Below are positions 32,221 to 40,824 of a stretch of DNA of 64,000 bases, one piece after another. Position numbers and translations under genes: made by a program. Every line of letters begins with the position of its first letter. Position 1 is the first letter of the stretch. The DNA is taken from NCBI GenBank assembly GCA_963730185.1, contig CAVSQW010000014.1, positions 261,674 through 325,673 on the forward strand, given 5' to 3'. The stretch is from an uncultured Gemmatimonadales bacterium. GTDB taxonomy: Bacteria > Gemmatimonadota > Gemmatimonadetes > Gemmatimonadales > GWC2-71-9. The notes beneath the pieces were generated by a model. That model was not told the origin of the DNA, made no database searches, and worked only from the letters and a program-made list of their open reading frames with translations.

Positions 32221-32789
32221 CCTTCGCTCCCTGCGGCCATGAAGCCGCGGTCCCGGGCATGTTCCAACAGCCGCTCCTGGAGGATCCGGCGGCCCCGGAA
32301 CAGCCGCGAACGGAGCGTCCCGATCGGGATCGCCTCTTCCTTCGCCGCGTCCTCGTAGCTCCACCCTTCCACGTCGACCAGCATCACCGCCATCCGATAG
32401 TGCTCCGGCAAGTCGGCGATGGCGCCATCGATCGCCGGACCCAGGTCGGGGCTCGTCATCCACTGGCCGCCGACTCGGTCGACCACCGTCTTCGACAACT
32501 TAGCCGCCTGGACGGCGTCGAGTTCCGGCGAGTCGAGGCTCACGGTATCGCGGGCCCGCTGGCGTTGGCGGAGGAAGTAGTTCCGGCAGATGGCGAACAG
32601 CCACTTCCGGGCGTCGGAGCCGGTCCGGAAGGTGTGCCAGCCGCGGAGCGCGTTCAGGTAGGTGGCCTGGACCAGGTCGTCGGCATCGGCCGGGTCGCCG
32701 GTGAGCCGGAGCGCGTACCGCCGGACGTCGGGCAGGTACGGGAGCGTGGCGTCCTCGAACGCCGTCGTGTCGGGGGGCTGGGCCGCCAT
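32217..32789 (-). CDS. ECF sigma factor (SigH/SigR-like)
   Basis: ADDLVQATY...WLFAICRN...LVDVEGWSY...GTLRSRLFRGR. Confidence 0.92.
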   Translation of the reverse strand: MAAQPPDTTAFEDATLPYLPDVRRYALRLTGDPADADDLVQATYLNALRGWHTFRTGSDARKWLFAICRNYFLRQRQRARDTVSLDSPELDAVQAAKLSKTVVDRVGGQWMTSPDLGPAIDGAIADLPEHYRMAVMLVDVEGWSYEDAAKEEAIPIGTLRSRLFRGRRILQERLLEHARDRGFMAAGSEG

Positions 32790-32960
32790 GGCACCAAGGA
32801 TTAACGGCCGGCGCCTGAGGCGACAAGGCCCGATGGCTCGACCGGTCGGCTCGCGCCACGGGACCCGCTCGAGGAATGGCCAGCGACCCCGGCCCGGGTG
32901 GCCTGCTTCGGTCCGACTCCATTCGCGGTAGATTGCGGAACCGTCGCCGGGATGGTCGCG

Positions 32961-34097
32961 ATGTACCAGAGCTGCCTCTTCTGCCACGCCGACCTGGGCC
33001 GGAACACGGTGATTCTCACCTGTCCGGTCGGGAGCCGGCTCGCGTTCGATCCCGAGCGGGGCCGGCTCTGGGTGGTCTGCCCGTCGTGTGCCCGCTGGAA
33101 CCTGGTCCCACCCGACGAGCGGTGGGAGGCCATCGAGGACTGCGAGGGCCGGTTCCGGGGCACCCGGCTCCGCTATTCCACCGCCAACGTCGGTCTGGGC
33201 TTCCTCAAGGACGGCCTGGCTCTGATCCGGATCGGACCCGCGCTCCGTCCCGAGATTGCGGCCTGGCGCTACGGTGGCTACGTCCGGCGGCTCCTGCCGG
33301 CGGCGGCCCGCGATCCGTTCCAGCGCCTGTCGCACGCGGTCGGCGCCCGGGCCCGGGGCGTCGCCGACCTGGCCGGCCGCCGGCTGTTCCGGCTCAGACC
33401 GGGTTATGACTTCCCCACCTGGCTCCGAGTGCACCTCCGAGGCGGCCGGATCGCGGCGGTGGCCGAGCTGGACGACGGGCGGACGGCCATCATCCGGAGC
33501 CGGCATCTCGAGGAAACCGAGCTGATCCGTCCCGACCCGACCACCCCGTGGCAGCTGGCCTTCCGGCACGACGACGGCTTCTCGGTGCTCACCGGCGACG
33601 CCGGCCTCCGGGTGTCCGCCCGCGTCCTGGCGTTCCTGAATGGCGTCGGGGCGAGCGACGCCGACGTGCGGTACGCCGTGGCCAAGCTGGAGGACGCCGG
33701 CAACCCCGACGGATACTTCGCCCGGGTGCTGGCCATTGCGATGCGGACTCGGTGGGGACGCGACCCCGACGCGCCGCGGGGGACGGTGGTCCCGGCGCTC
33801 GCGGCCTCGGACGCCGAGCGAGTCGCTCTCCACATCACCAAGCGGTCGTTCTGGGGCCGGGGTGGGATCGGCAGCGAGCCCCGGACCTCGTTTCCGCGTC
33901 TCCCGCTTCCCGATCGGCTGGCCCTGGAGATGGCCGCGAACGAAGACCGGGAGCGGCGAATCATGGCCGGCGAGCTCCGGCTGCTCGAGGCCGCCTGGCG
34001 GGAGGCCGAGCGGATCGCCGCGATCGCCGATGCGCTGCCCGACGATCCCGGCCTCGACTATCAGGCGCGGTCGGCCGTCGCGACGGGGCGGGCGTGA
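32961..34097 (+). CDS. Hypothetical protein with N-terminal CxxC...CxxC zinc-finger-like motif
   Basis: MYQSCLFC...RLWVVCPSCARWNL; C-terminal LALEMA...EAAWREAERIAAIAD. Confidence 0.75.
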   Translation: MYQSCLFCHADLGRNTVILTCPVGSRLAFDPERGRLWVVCPSCARWNLVPPDERWEAIEDCEGRFRGTRLRYSTANVGLGFLKDGLALIRIGPALRPEIAAWRYGGYVRRLLPAAARDPFQRLSHAVGARARGVADLAGRRLFRLRPGYDFPTWLRVHLRGGRIAAVAELDDGRTAIIRSRHLEETELIRPDPTTPWQLAFRHDDGFSVLTGDAGLRVSARVLAFLNGVGASDADVRYAVAKLEDAGNPDGYFARVLAIAMRTRWGRDPDAPRGTVVPALAASDAERVALHITKRSFWGRGGIGSEPRTSFPRLPLPDRLALEMAANEDRERRIMAGELRLLEAAWREAERIAAIADALPDDPGLDYQARSAVATGRA

Positions 34098-34585
34098 GGC
34101 TCGGGATCATCGCCGACACCCACGGGCTGCTCCGCCCGGAGGTGTTCGAGGCCTTCGAAGACGTCGACCGGATCCTCCACGCCGGCGACATCGGGTCGCT
34201 CGATCTCCTGGCCGAGCTCGAGGCGCTGGCCCCGGTCACCGCCGTCTGGGGCAACACCGACGGCTTCGACCTCCGGAGCCGGCTCCCCGAGGTGGTCGAG
34301 ACCGAGATCCACGGCACCAGCTTTCTGCTCCTCCACGGCCATCAGCTCGGGAGCCCCACCCCCGAGGCCCTGAACCGGGCCTATCCCGACGCGGAGGTCA
34401 TCATCTACGGCCACACCCACCGGCCCCTCCTCACGGTGGTGGACGTGGTCGTGACCGTCATGAACCCGGGCGGTGCCGGCCGGCGCCGGTTCGACCTGCC
34501 GGCCTCGGTCGGCATCATGGAGCTGGAACCCGGGATCCCGCCCCGGGCCCGCCTGGTCCCGCTCACCGCCGCCGACGAGCCGTAA
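34094..34585 (+). CDS. YfcE/MJ0936-family metallophosphoesterase
   Basis: GIIADTHG, HAGD, GNTD, HGH, GHTH, NPG. Confidence 0.92.
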   Translation: MRLGIIADTHGLLRPEVFEAFEDVDRILHAGDIGSLDLLAELEALAPVTAVWGNTDGFDLRSRLPEVVETEIHGTSFLLLHGHQLGSPTPEALNRAYPDAEVIIYGHTHRPLLTVVDVVVTVMNPGGAGRRRFDLPASVGIMELEPGIPPRARLVPLTAADEP

Positions 34586-35442
34586 CCCGCCTCACCCCCG
34601 TCCCTCTCCGTCTCCCCCGTCTCCCCCCGTCCCTCCCCCTCCCGCCTCACCACCCCCTCCAGCAGCTCGATCTGCTTCCGTTGCAGGTCGATAATCTCCA
34701 GCAGCTGCCGCTCCCGCATCTCGTCGAACTTGGTGTGCAGCGCCAGGATCTGCATCTCGGCGTTGAGGTTCACCTGGTAGTCGTTCTTCGCGTCCACTCG
34801 GTCTCGCTCGGCCTGCCGGTTCTGGCTCATCATGATCACCGGAGCCTGGAGCGCCGCGAGACAGGAGAGCACCAGGTTGAGCAGGATGAAGGGGAAGGGG
34901 TCGAACGGCTTGGCGGTCCGGGCGTTGACGGCCATCCAGATTGCCATCACCAGCAGGAAGAGGCCGATGAACGTCCAGCTTCCGCCGAACGCGGCCACCT
35001 GATCGGCCACCCGCTGTCCGAAGGTCGATTGCTGCTCGAATTCCGCGATCGGATCCTTCGCCACCGTGGTCCGGCGGAGTACGCTGGTCAGCACCCGCTT
35101 CTCGATCTCGCCCAGCTTCCGCACTGCGCTGTCGAGATCGGCGACCCCGGCGTCGTGCCGGGTGCCGGTGGTCGGAAGGAGCCGGGCGTGGCGAGCCGCC
35201 TGGTCGAGGACCCGAACGCCCCCGACCAGGGCCACGCCGCCGATCATCGCCACCAGGATGTGGCTGGGCCAGCCGCCGGAGACCGTGATCCCGAACACGC
35301 TCTCCAGGGCCCACCCGCCAACCAGGCCGCCGGTCGAGCCGATCAGCAGGTTGCCGAGCAGGCCGTAGCCCTGGCGCTTGAAGGCGTAGCCGGTGAGCCA
35401 GCCGGCGACGATGCCGCTGACGATCCAGGCGAGAATGCGCAT
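34405..35442 (-). CDS. GlsB/YeaQ/YmgE-like + DUF1003 fusion membrane protein (true end probably near 34650)
   Basis: N-terminal WIVSGIVAGWL...NLLIGSTGGLVGG; C-terminal FGGSW, FDPFPFILLNL, QAPVIMMSQNRQ. Confidence 0.85.
   Translation of the reverse strand: MRILAWIVSGIVAGWLTGYAFKRQGYGLLGNLLIGSTGGLVGGWALESVFGITVSGGWPSHILVAMIGGVALVGGVRVLDQAARHARLLPTTGTRHDAGVADLDSAVRKLGEIEKRVLTSVLRRTTVAKDPIAEFEQQSTFGQRVADQVAAFGGSWTFIGLFLLVMAIWMAVNARTAKPFDPFPFILLNLVLSCLAALQAPVIMMSQNRQAERDRVDAKNDYQVNLNAEMQILALHTKFDEMRERQLLEIIDLQRKQIELLEGVVRREGEGRGETGETERDGGEAGYGSSAAVSGTRRARGGIPGSSSMMPTEAGRSNRRRPAPPGFMTVTTTSTTVRRGRWVWP
34586..34660. repeat. Decamer-array element 3 (single arm)
   Basis: About 7 units resembling CCCGTCTCCC between convergent genes. 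Confidence 0.7.
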
Positions 35443-35481
35443 GATGGTGTCTCCGAAAGACGGAAGGGGCGTACCGACCGA

Positions 35482-36581
35482 CTAGTGCTCCACCAACCAG
35501 GACTCCAGCGGCTCGGTCCGGCGCAAGGCGTCCGGGTGGCGCCGGAACCAGGCCATGACCAGCAGCATCTCGTCGAGCGTGGCGCTGTCCAGGAGGCCCG
35601 CGGGGGAACCGCCCGGGCGCCGTCCTCCGCGACGACCGAGCGGAAGGCTTCGCGCTCGATCGGCGTGGACGGGTAGGGATAGCAGGCCCGGACCAGGCCG
35701 TGCCGGATCAGGTAGGCCCGGTCGTCGCCGAAGACGCCGGGGTCCCGGTAGACGAAGGTCAGGAGCTGGATGGCCGCCCGGGAACGGGCCGACGCGGCCA
35801 GGAACCACTCCAGGTGCTCGAACTTCTCCCGCCACCGGGTGGCGGCCTCGTACTGGCCCTGCTCCGACGCCGTCATCATCGCCCCGACCACCCGGTCCAC
35901 TGGCTCGATCGTGTACCCGCCCAGGAAGCCGATCGCGGCCTCGATCCGGTGGCGATAGTCGCCCTCGGACACCAAGCCGGCGCAGGGGCCGAGGCAGGTG
36001 CCGAAGTCGTACCGGGGGCAGGCGGCGCGGCTCGACGAGGCGAAGAGGTCGCCCTGGCCCGCGAACACCACCGGCATCTTGTCGTTGCAGTCGCGGAGGC
36101 CGAGCAGGTCGTTGAGCACCCGGAGCGCGGCCCGGGTCCGCCCCGGCGACGTGAACGGTCCGAAGTAGCGGACGTCGCGGCGGCCCGTAGAGGTGGTGAC
36201 GGCGAGCTTGGGCGCGCCGGTGCCGGTCACGATCACGAAGGCCGCGTTCCGGCGGCGGTTGAGCTGGTGGTTGAACGGCGGGCGGTGGCGGCGAATCTCC
36301 CGGAGCTCGGTCAGGAGGGCCGCGAACTCGCTCGGCACGTAGTCCCAGGTGATGTTGCTGGCCGCGGCGATGATCCGGGCGCCCTTGTCCTCGGGCCGGG
36401 CCCGGAAGTACGAGAGCACCCGGGTCCTGACCCGCTTGGCCTTGCCCACGTAGAGCACCCGGCCGCCGGCGTCGAGCATCCGATAGACGCCGGGGCGGTT
36501 CTCGGCCAGAGCGCGGACGCGGTCTCGTAACCCGGCCCGATCTGCCGCCGGCGGAAGCAGGGTGGTCGAGGGCGCGGTCAC
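35482..36581 (-). CDS. Short UvrC/Cho-like GIY-YIG nuclease (one frameshift near 35610)
   Basis: PGVYRM...LYVGKAK...PPFN, FGPF, Cys cluster, UVR segment. The C-terminus LDEMLLVMAWF lies in another frame. Confidence 0.8.
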
Positions 36582-36600
36582 CGGGGCCGCCGGGCCTCCC

Positions 36601-37422
36601 TCATTGCTGGCACCGATGGCAGAACACCGTGATCCGGGCGTCGATGGCGTGGGTGCCGGTGAGGGTGGTGCCGCAGCGGCGGCAGGGCTCGCCCTCCCGG
36701 CCGTAGACCAGGAGCTCGAGCTGGAAGCTCCCCGGCTCGCCTTTGCCGGTCCGGTAGTCGCGGACGGTGGTGCCCTCGGCCTCGATCGCGGCGGCCAGGA
36801 TCCGGGTCACTTCCCGTTGCAGGCGGGTCAGGTCGTCGGGGCGGAGCTTCCGGGCCGCCTTGGACGGGTCGATCCCGGCCGCGAACAGCGCCTCGTTCGC
36901 GTAGATGTTGCCGATCCCGGCCACGTGCTTCTGGTCCATCAGCACCTTCTTGATGGCGGCCCGCGAGGCCCGAAGCGCCCGACCGAGCGCCTCGGGCGTG
37001 AAGCTGGGGTCGAGCGGCTCGGGACCGATGGCATCGGCGTGACGCGCCCATCCCCGGTCGTCGAGCCACCGGATCGTCCCCAGCCGGCGGACGTCGTGGT
37101 AGACGAAGGTGCGGCCGTCGTCGAGCGTGGCCTGGAGCACGGCGTAGTGCCGGTCGTCGGCGGAGAGTCGCCGCTTGACGAACATCGCGCCGGTCATGCC
37201 CGGCTGGATCACCAGGCGGCGGCGATCGGTCTCGACCACGGCGTGCTTGGCCCGCCGGGTTACCCCGACCACCCGGGCGCCCTCCAGGCCGGCCCGAAGC
37301 CGCGCTCCGGTGACCCCCTTCAACACGTCGCGGTGCCCGAGCCGGACCGCCGTGATCCGCCGGCCGACGAGCGCTGGCCGGACGTCGCGAACGATGGTCT
37401 CGACCTCCGGTAGCTCGGGCAC
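36601..37422 (-). CDS. mutM: Formamidopyrimidine-DNA glycosylase
   Basis: MPELPEVET, GIGNIYANE, C-terminal C4 zinc finger. Confidence 0.97.
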   Translation of the reverse strand: MPELPEVETIVRDVRPALVGRRITAVRLGHRDVLKGVTGARLRAGLEGARVVGVTRRAKHAVVETDRRRLVIQPGMTGAMFVKRRLSADDRHYAVLQATLDDGRTFVYHDVRRLGTIRWLDDRGWARHADAIGPEPLDPSFTPEALGRALRASRAAIKKVLMDQKHVAGIGNIYANEALFAAGIDPSKAARKLRPDDLTRLQREVTRILAAAIEAEGTTVRDYRTGKGEPGSFQLELLVYGREGEPCRRCGTTLTGTHAIDARITVFCHRCQQ

Positions 37423-37428
37423 GCCGAC

Positions 37429-37863
37429 CTAGCTCGCGGTGAACTCGGTCACCGCGATGACCAGGTCGTCGTCGAACGAGCCGATGGTGTAGTTGATGTT
37501 CATGGTCGCCGGGAAGCCGTAGGTCTGGTCGAAGGTGACGGTGACCGTCTGGGCCCGGTTGAAACCGTCCTGGACCAGGTCGAAGAGGGCGTTCACGTCC
37601 GGGTACTTGGACGCGTCGGCGGCCGGCACGTCCTGGCTGGTTCCGTCGAACACCCGGGAGGTGACCGCGCCGTTCGCGACCGTCACTCGGACGGCGACCG
37701 GATCGCCGGTCCCGTCGGTTCGGGTCATCAGCATCGAGTACGAGGCGACGTTCGCGTCGATCCATCGCTGCCGGGAGGAATTGAACGACTCCTCGGATGG
37801 AGACGTGCTGTGGCAGGCGAGGGTCCCGGCCAGCGCGAGGGCGACGAAGGTCCAGCGGGGCAT
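37429..37863 (-). CDS. Lipoprotein (DUF6174-like)
   Basis: Lipobox TLAC; LFDLV...VTFDQTYGFP...DD. Confidence 0.7.
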   Translation of the reverse strand: MPRWTFVALALAGTLACHSTSPSEESFNSSRQRWIDANVASYSMLMTRTDGTGDPVAVRVTVANGAVTSRVFDGTSQDVPAADASKYPDVNALFDLVQDGFNRAQTVTVTFDQTYGFPATMNINYTIGSFDDDLVIAVTEFTAS

Positions 37864-37966
37864 GCGGCACTCCTGAAGGTGTATCCCGTCCGAAAGGTGG
37901 CAGGGTCGGCCGCCTTGCCACAACCGCCGTCCTGAGGCCCCGGGCCACTCCGGCGGGTCGGGCTGG

Positions 37967-38359
37967 TCACTCCGGTCGGGGCTCGTTCAGCCAACGCAGG
38001 GCCTCGGCCGGGTCGGTGAAGACCGCCTGCTCGAGCCCGGTGGACTGAATCATCGCGTGGGACATCCGAGCGGTGCCGTAGGTGGCCGTATTACCGGCCA
38101 CCATGGCCAGCCGGCTTCCCCGGAGTCGGTCGGCGTGGTGGATGATGAACTGCGAGACCTCGCGCACGTAGGCCGTCGATGGCGCCTCGTCGACGGGCCG
38201 GCGGTCGGACAGGAAGCCGAACCCGGGCTGGAAGGCCGGGTCGCGGAAGATGCCCTCCATAACGTCAGCCCACTGCTGGAAGGTCGGGTTGGCCAGGTAG
38301 CGGATGTGGACCAGCCGGGCGGGTGCGTCGATCTGGACTTCCAGCGGAGCCCGGGACAT
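37967..38359 (-). CDS. Hypothetical protein (SpoIIAA/STAS-like)
   Basis: LSDRR...RLAMVA...YGTARM...VFTDPAEALRWL. Confidence 0.65.
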   Translation of the reverse strand: MSRAPLEVQIDAPARLVHIRYLANPTFQQWADVMEGIFRDPAFQPGFGFLSDRRPVDEAPSTAYVREVSQFIIHHADRLRGSRLAMVAGNTATYGTARMSHAMIQSTGLEQAVFTDPAEALRWLNEPRPE

Positions 38360-38373
38360 CGTCCGGAACCGGC

Positions 38374-39646
38374 TCAGGCGATCCGGGCGCTCTCCCGCCA
38401 GCCGATGTCGCGGCGGAAGTGCCTCCCGTCGAAGTGGATCGATTCGGCCGCCTCGCGGCTCAGCGCCTGCGCCTCGCCGAAGGTCGGCGCGAGGCCGGTG
38501 ACCGCCAGCACCCGCCCACCGCTCACCCGGAGCGTCCCACCCTCGTCGCGACGGGTCCCGGCATGGAACACGACCGTGCCCGCCGGTAGCGGGTCCGGGA
38601 TGGTGATCTCGGTGCCCTTCTCCGGCTTCGCGGGATAGCCACGGGCAGCCAGCACCGTGGTCACAGCCGCGTCGGGAGACACGGTCACCTGGGGAATTGC
38701 CTTGCCTTCGGCCGACGCCAGCAGCGCGTCGAGCAGACCGGACTCGATTCGCGGGAGGATCGCCTGGGTTTCCGGATCGCCGAAGCGGCAGTTGAACTCC
38801 ACCACGCTCGGCTCGCCGAGGGCGTCGATCATCACGCCGGCATAGAGTACGCCCGAGAACCCGGCTCGGCGCCGTTCCAACTCGGTCAGGGTGGGCTCGA
38901 TGACCCGCCGCGCGATCCGTTGGAGCAGCTCGGGGGTTTCCAGGGCCACCGGGCTGTAGGCGCCCATCCCGCCGGTATTGGGGCCACGGTCGCCCTCGAG
39001 GAGCCGCTTGTGGTCCTGCGCGGCCGGAAGGAGCTGCACGTCCCGGCCGTTCGTCAGCGCCAGCACCGAGAGCTCCTCGCCCTCGAGGAAGGCTTCGATC
39101 ACCACGGTGTCACCGGCGTCGCCGAAGTCGCCCGCCCCCAGCATCGACTTGACCGCCGCCGTCGCCTCGGCCCGGGTGAGACAGACCACGGCGCCCTTGC
39201 CGGAGGCGAGCCCGCTGGCCTTGACCACCAGCGGCTCGGCATGACCGTCGACGTAGCGGAGCGCGGCGTGGAGGTCGGTGAAGGTGGCGCTCGCGGCGGT
39301 CGGCACCCCGGCGGCCTGCATGACCTCCTTGGACCAGGCCTTGGAGGCCTCGATCCGGGCGGCCTCAGCGCTCGGACCGACACCAGACGGCCGGCCTTCC
39401 GGAGCCGGTCGGCCAGTCCGAGGGCCAACGGCGCCTCGGGGCCCACGATGACGAGATCGATCCGTTCGCGGTCGGCGGCCGCCACCAACTCATCCAGGGC
39501 GTCGGCCGCGATCGGGAGGTTGGTGGCCAACTCGGCCGTGCCCGCGTTGCCCGGCGCGCACCAGAGCCCGGCCTCCGGGTGCTCTCGGCGGATGGTCCAG
39601 AGGAGCGCGTGCTCCGGCCTCCGCTCCCGACGACGAGGACCCTCAC
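38374..39646 (-). CDS. purD: Phosphoribosylamine-glycine ligase (frameshifts near 39614 and 39380)
   Basis: MRVLVVGSGG-REHAL, VGPEAPL, KASGLASGKG, QDHKR, GPNTGGMGAY, NCRFGDPE, spread over three frames. Confidence 0.92.
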
Positions 39647-40668
39647 GCGCCGGTCTGGGCCTTCTTGAAGGCGTCGCGGGCCGCCTGGGCCGCACGCTTG
39701 GCCGCGTCGGTTACGTGTCCGACCATGTCGCGGGCTTCCTGGGTGAGTAGCGGCCGGCCTCGCCCAGGTCGTCGCGGAGCGGCCGCTCCTTGGCCTCCTG
39801 GCCCCGGCGGGTGTACTCGCCCCGGAGGATCCGGTCGTAGGCACCGGACCCCATCCAGGTCTGGAGTTCGGCCGCGCGGACCGTCGTGCATCGGGTGGGT
39901 CAGGCCCAGTGTGTTCAGGACCTTGTAGATGACGTCGAAGCCTTCGTGGCTCGAGGCATACTCGTTGGCCTGGGCCACGAACTCGTTGAGGTTCATCTCG
40001 CCGGCCTCGAGCGCCCCGCGATAGGCGCCGGCCATCTTCATGAAGAGCTGCTGGGCCGCCATCGGATTCTGGCTGCCGAGGAGCCCGGCCCGGTCGGCGG
40101 AGAGCTCGGATTTCCGAGACCACTCGAGCACCGCGAGCTTGATCGGGAGGAGGGCGATCCCCGCCAGGAAGGGAAGGGCGGAGAGGCTCACCATGAACAG
40201 GATCGCGGCGATGGTGTGGTAGAGCGCGTGGCCGCTCATCACATGTCCCATCTCGTGGGCGATCAGGACCCGGAGCTCCTCCTCGTCGAGCAGCTCGAGG
40301 GCGGCGGAGTGGATGACGATGAACGGGTCGTCGACCCCGTAGGCGCCGGCGTTGAAGACCGGCGTCTGGGAGACGAAGCATCTCCGCGCCTTGGGCCAGT
40401 CGAAGGTCTGGAGGTGACCTCGATCAGCAGGTTATGGGGCACGGTTGGGAGACTGCTTGGAGCTGGTCCGGGACCGCGTTGCCCTGGAACAGTTAGGCGG
40501 ATTCCCCGCTCGCCGCCCAGAATCCCGATCACTTTGCGGACCACCTCGTCGAAGCCCGGGGACCGCCCGCATGGACTGGAGCGCGGCCCGGTCGGCCGGA
40601 TGCTCCCACGACACGGCGGCGATCTCGGGCAGCTGGACGCGGGACCGGGGAGCGGGGACGGACGTCAT
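39643..40668 (-). CDS. M48-family zinc metallopeptidase (several frameshifts)
   Basis: WEHPADRAAL, FNAGAYG, AHEMGH (HExxH), ELSADRAG, THP. Confidence 0.8.
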
Positions 40669-40733
40669 GGGGCACCTTGCCGGCTCAGTGTGAGGCCACC
40701 ACTACGGCGGCACGGGGTGGCTGTTTCAATAAT

Positions 40734-40823
40734 GGACGGGGAGGGACGGGGGGGGTAGGGGGGAGCCGCCCTCCCCAACCCTCCCCAACCCTCCCCATCC
40801 CTCCCCATCCCTCCCCGTCCTCC
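40734..40823. repeat. Inverted decamer-array element 4
   Basis: GGACGGGGAG GGACGGGGGG GGTAGGGGGG, short loop, then CTCCCCAACC x2, CTCCCCATCC x2, CTCCCCGTCC. Confidence 0.85.
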
Positions 40824-40824
40824 T

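Noticed and set aside
22027..40823. Decamer arrays as CRISPR or IS ends
   Set aside because: No repeat-spacer alternation, no cas or transposase genes, and the units are degenerate 10-mers.
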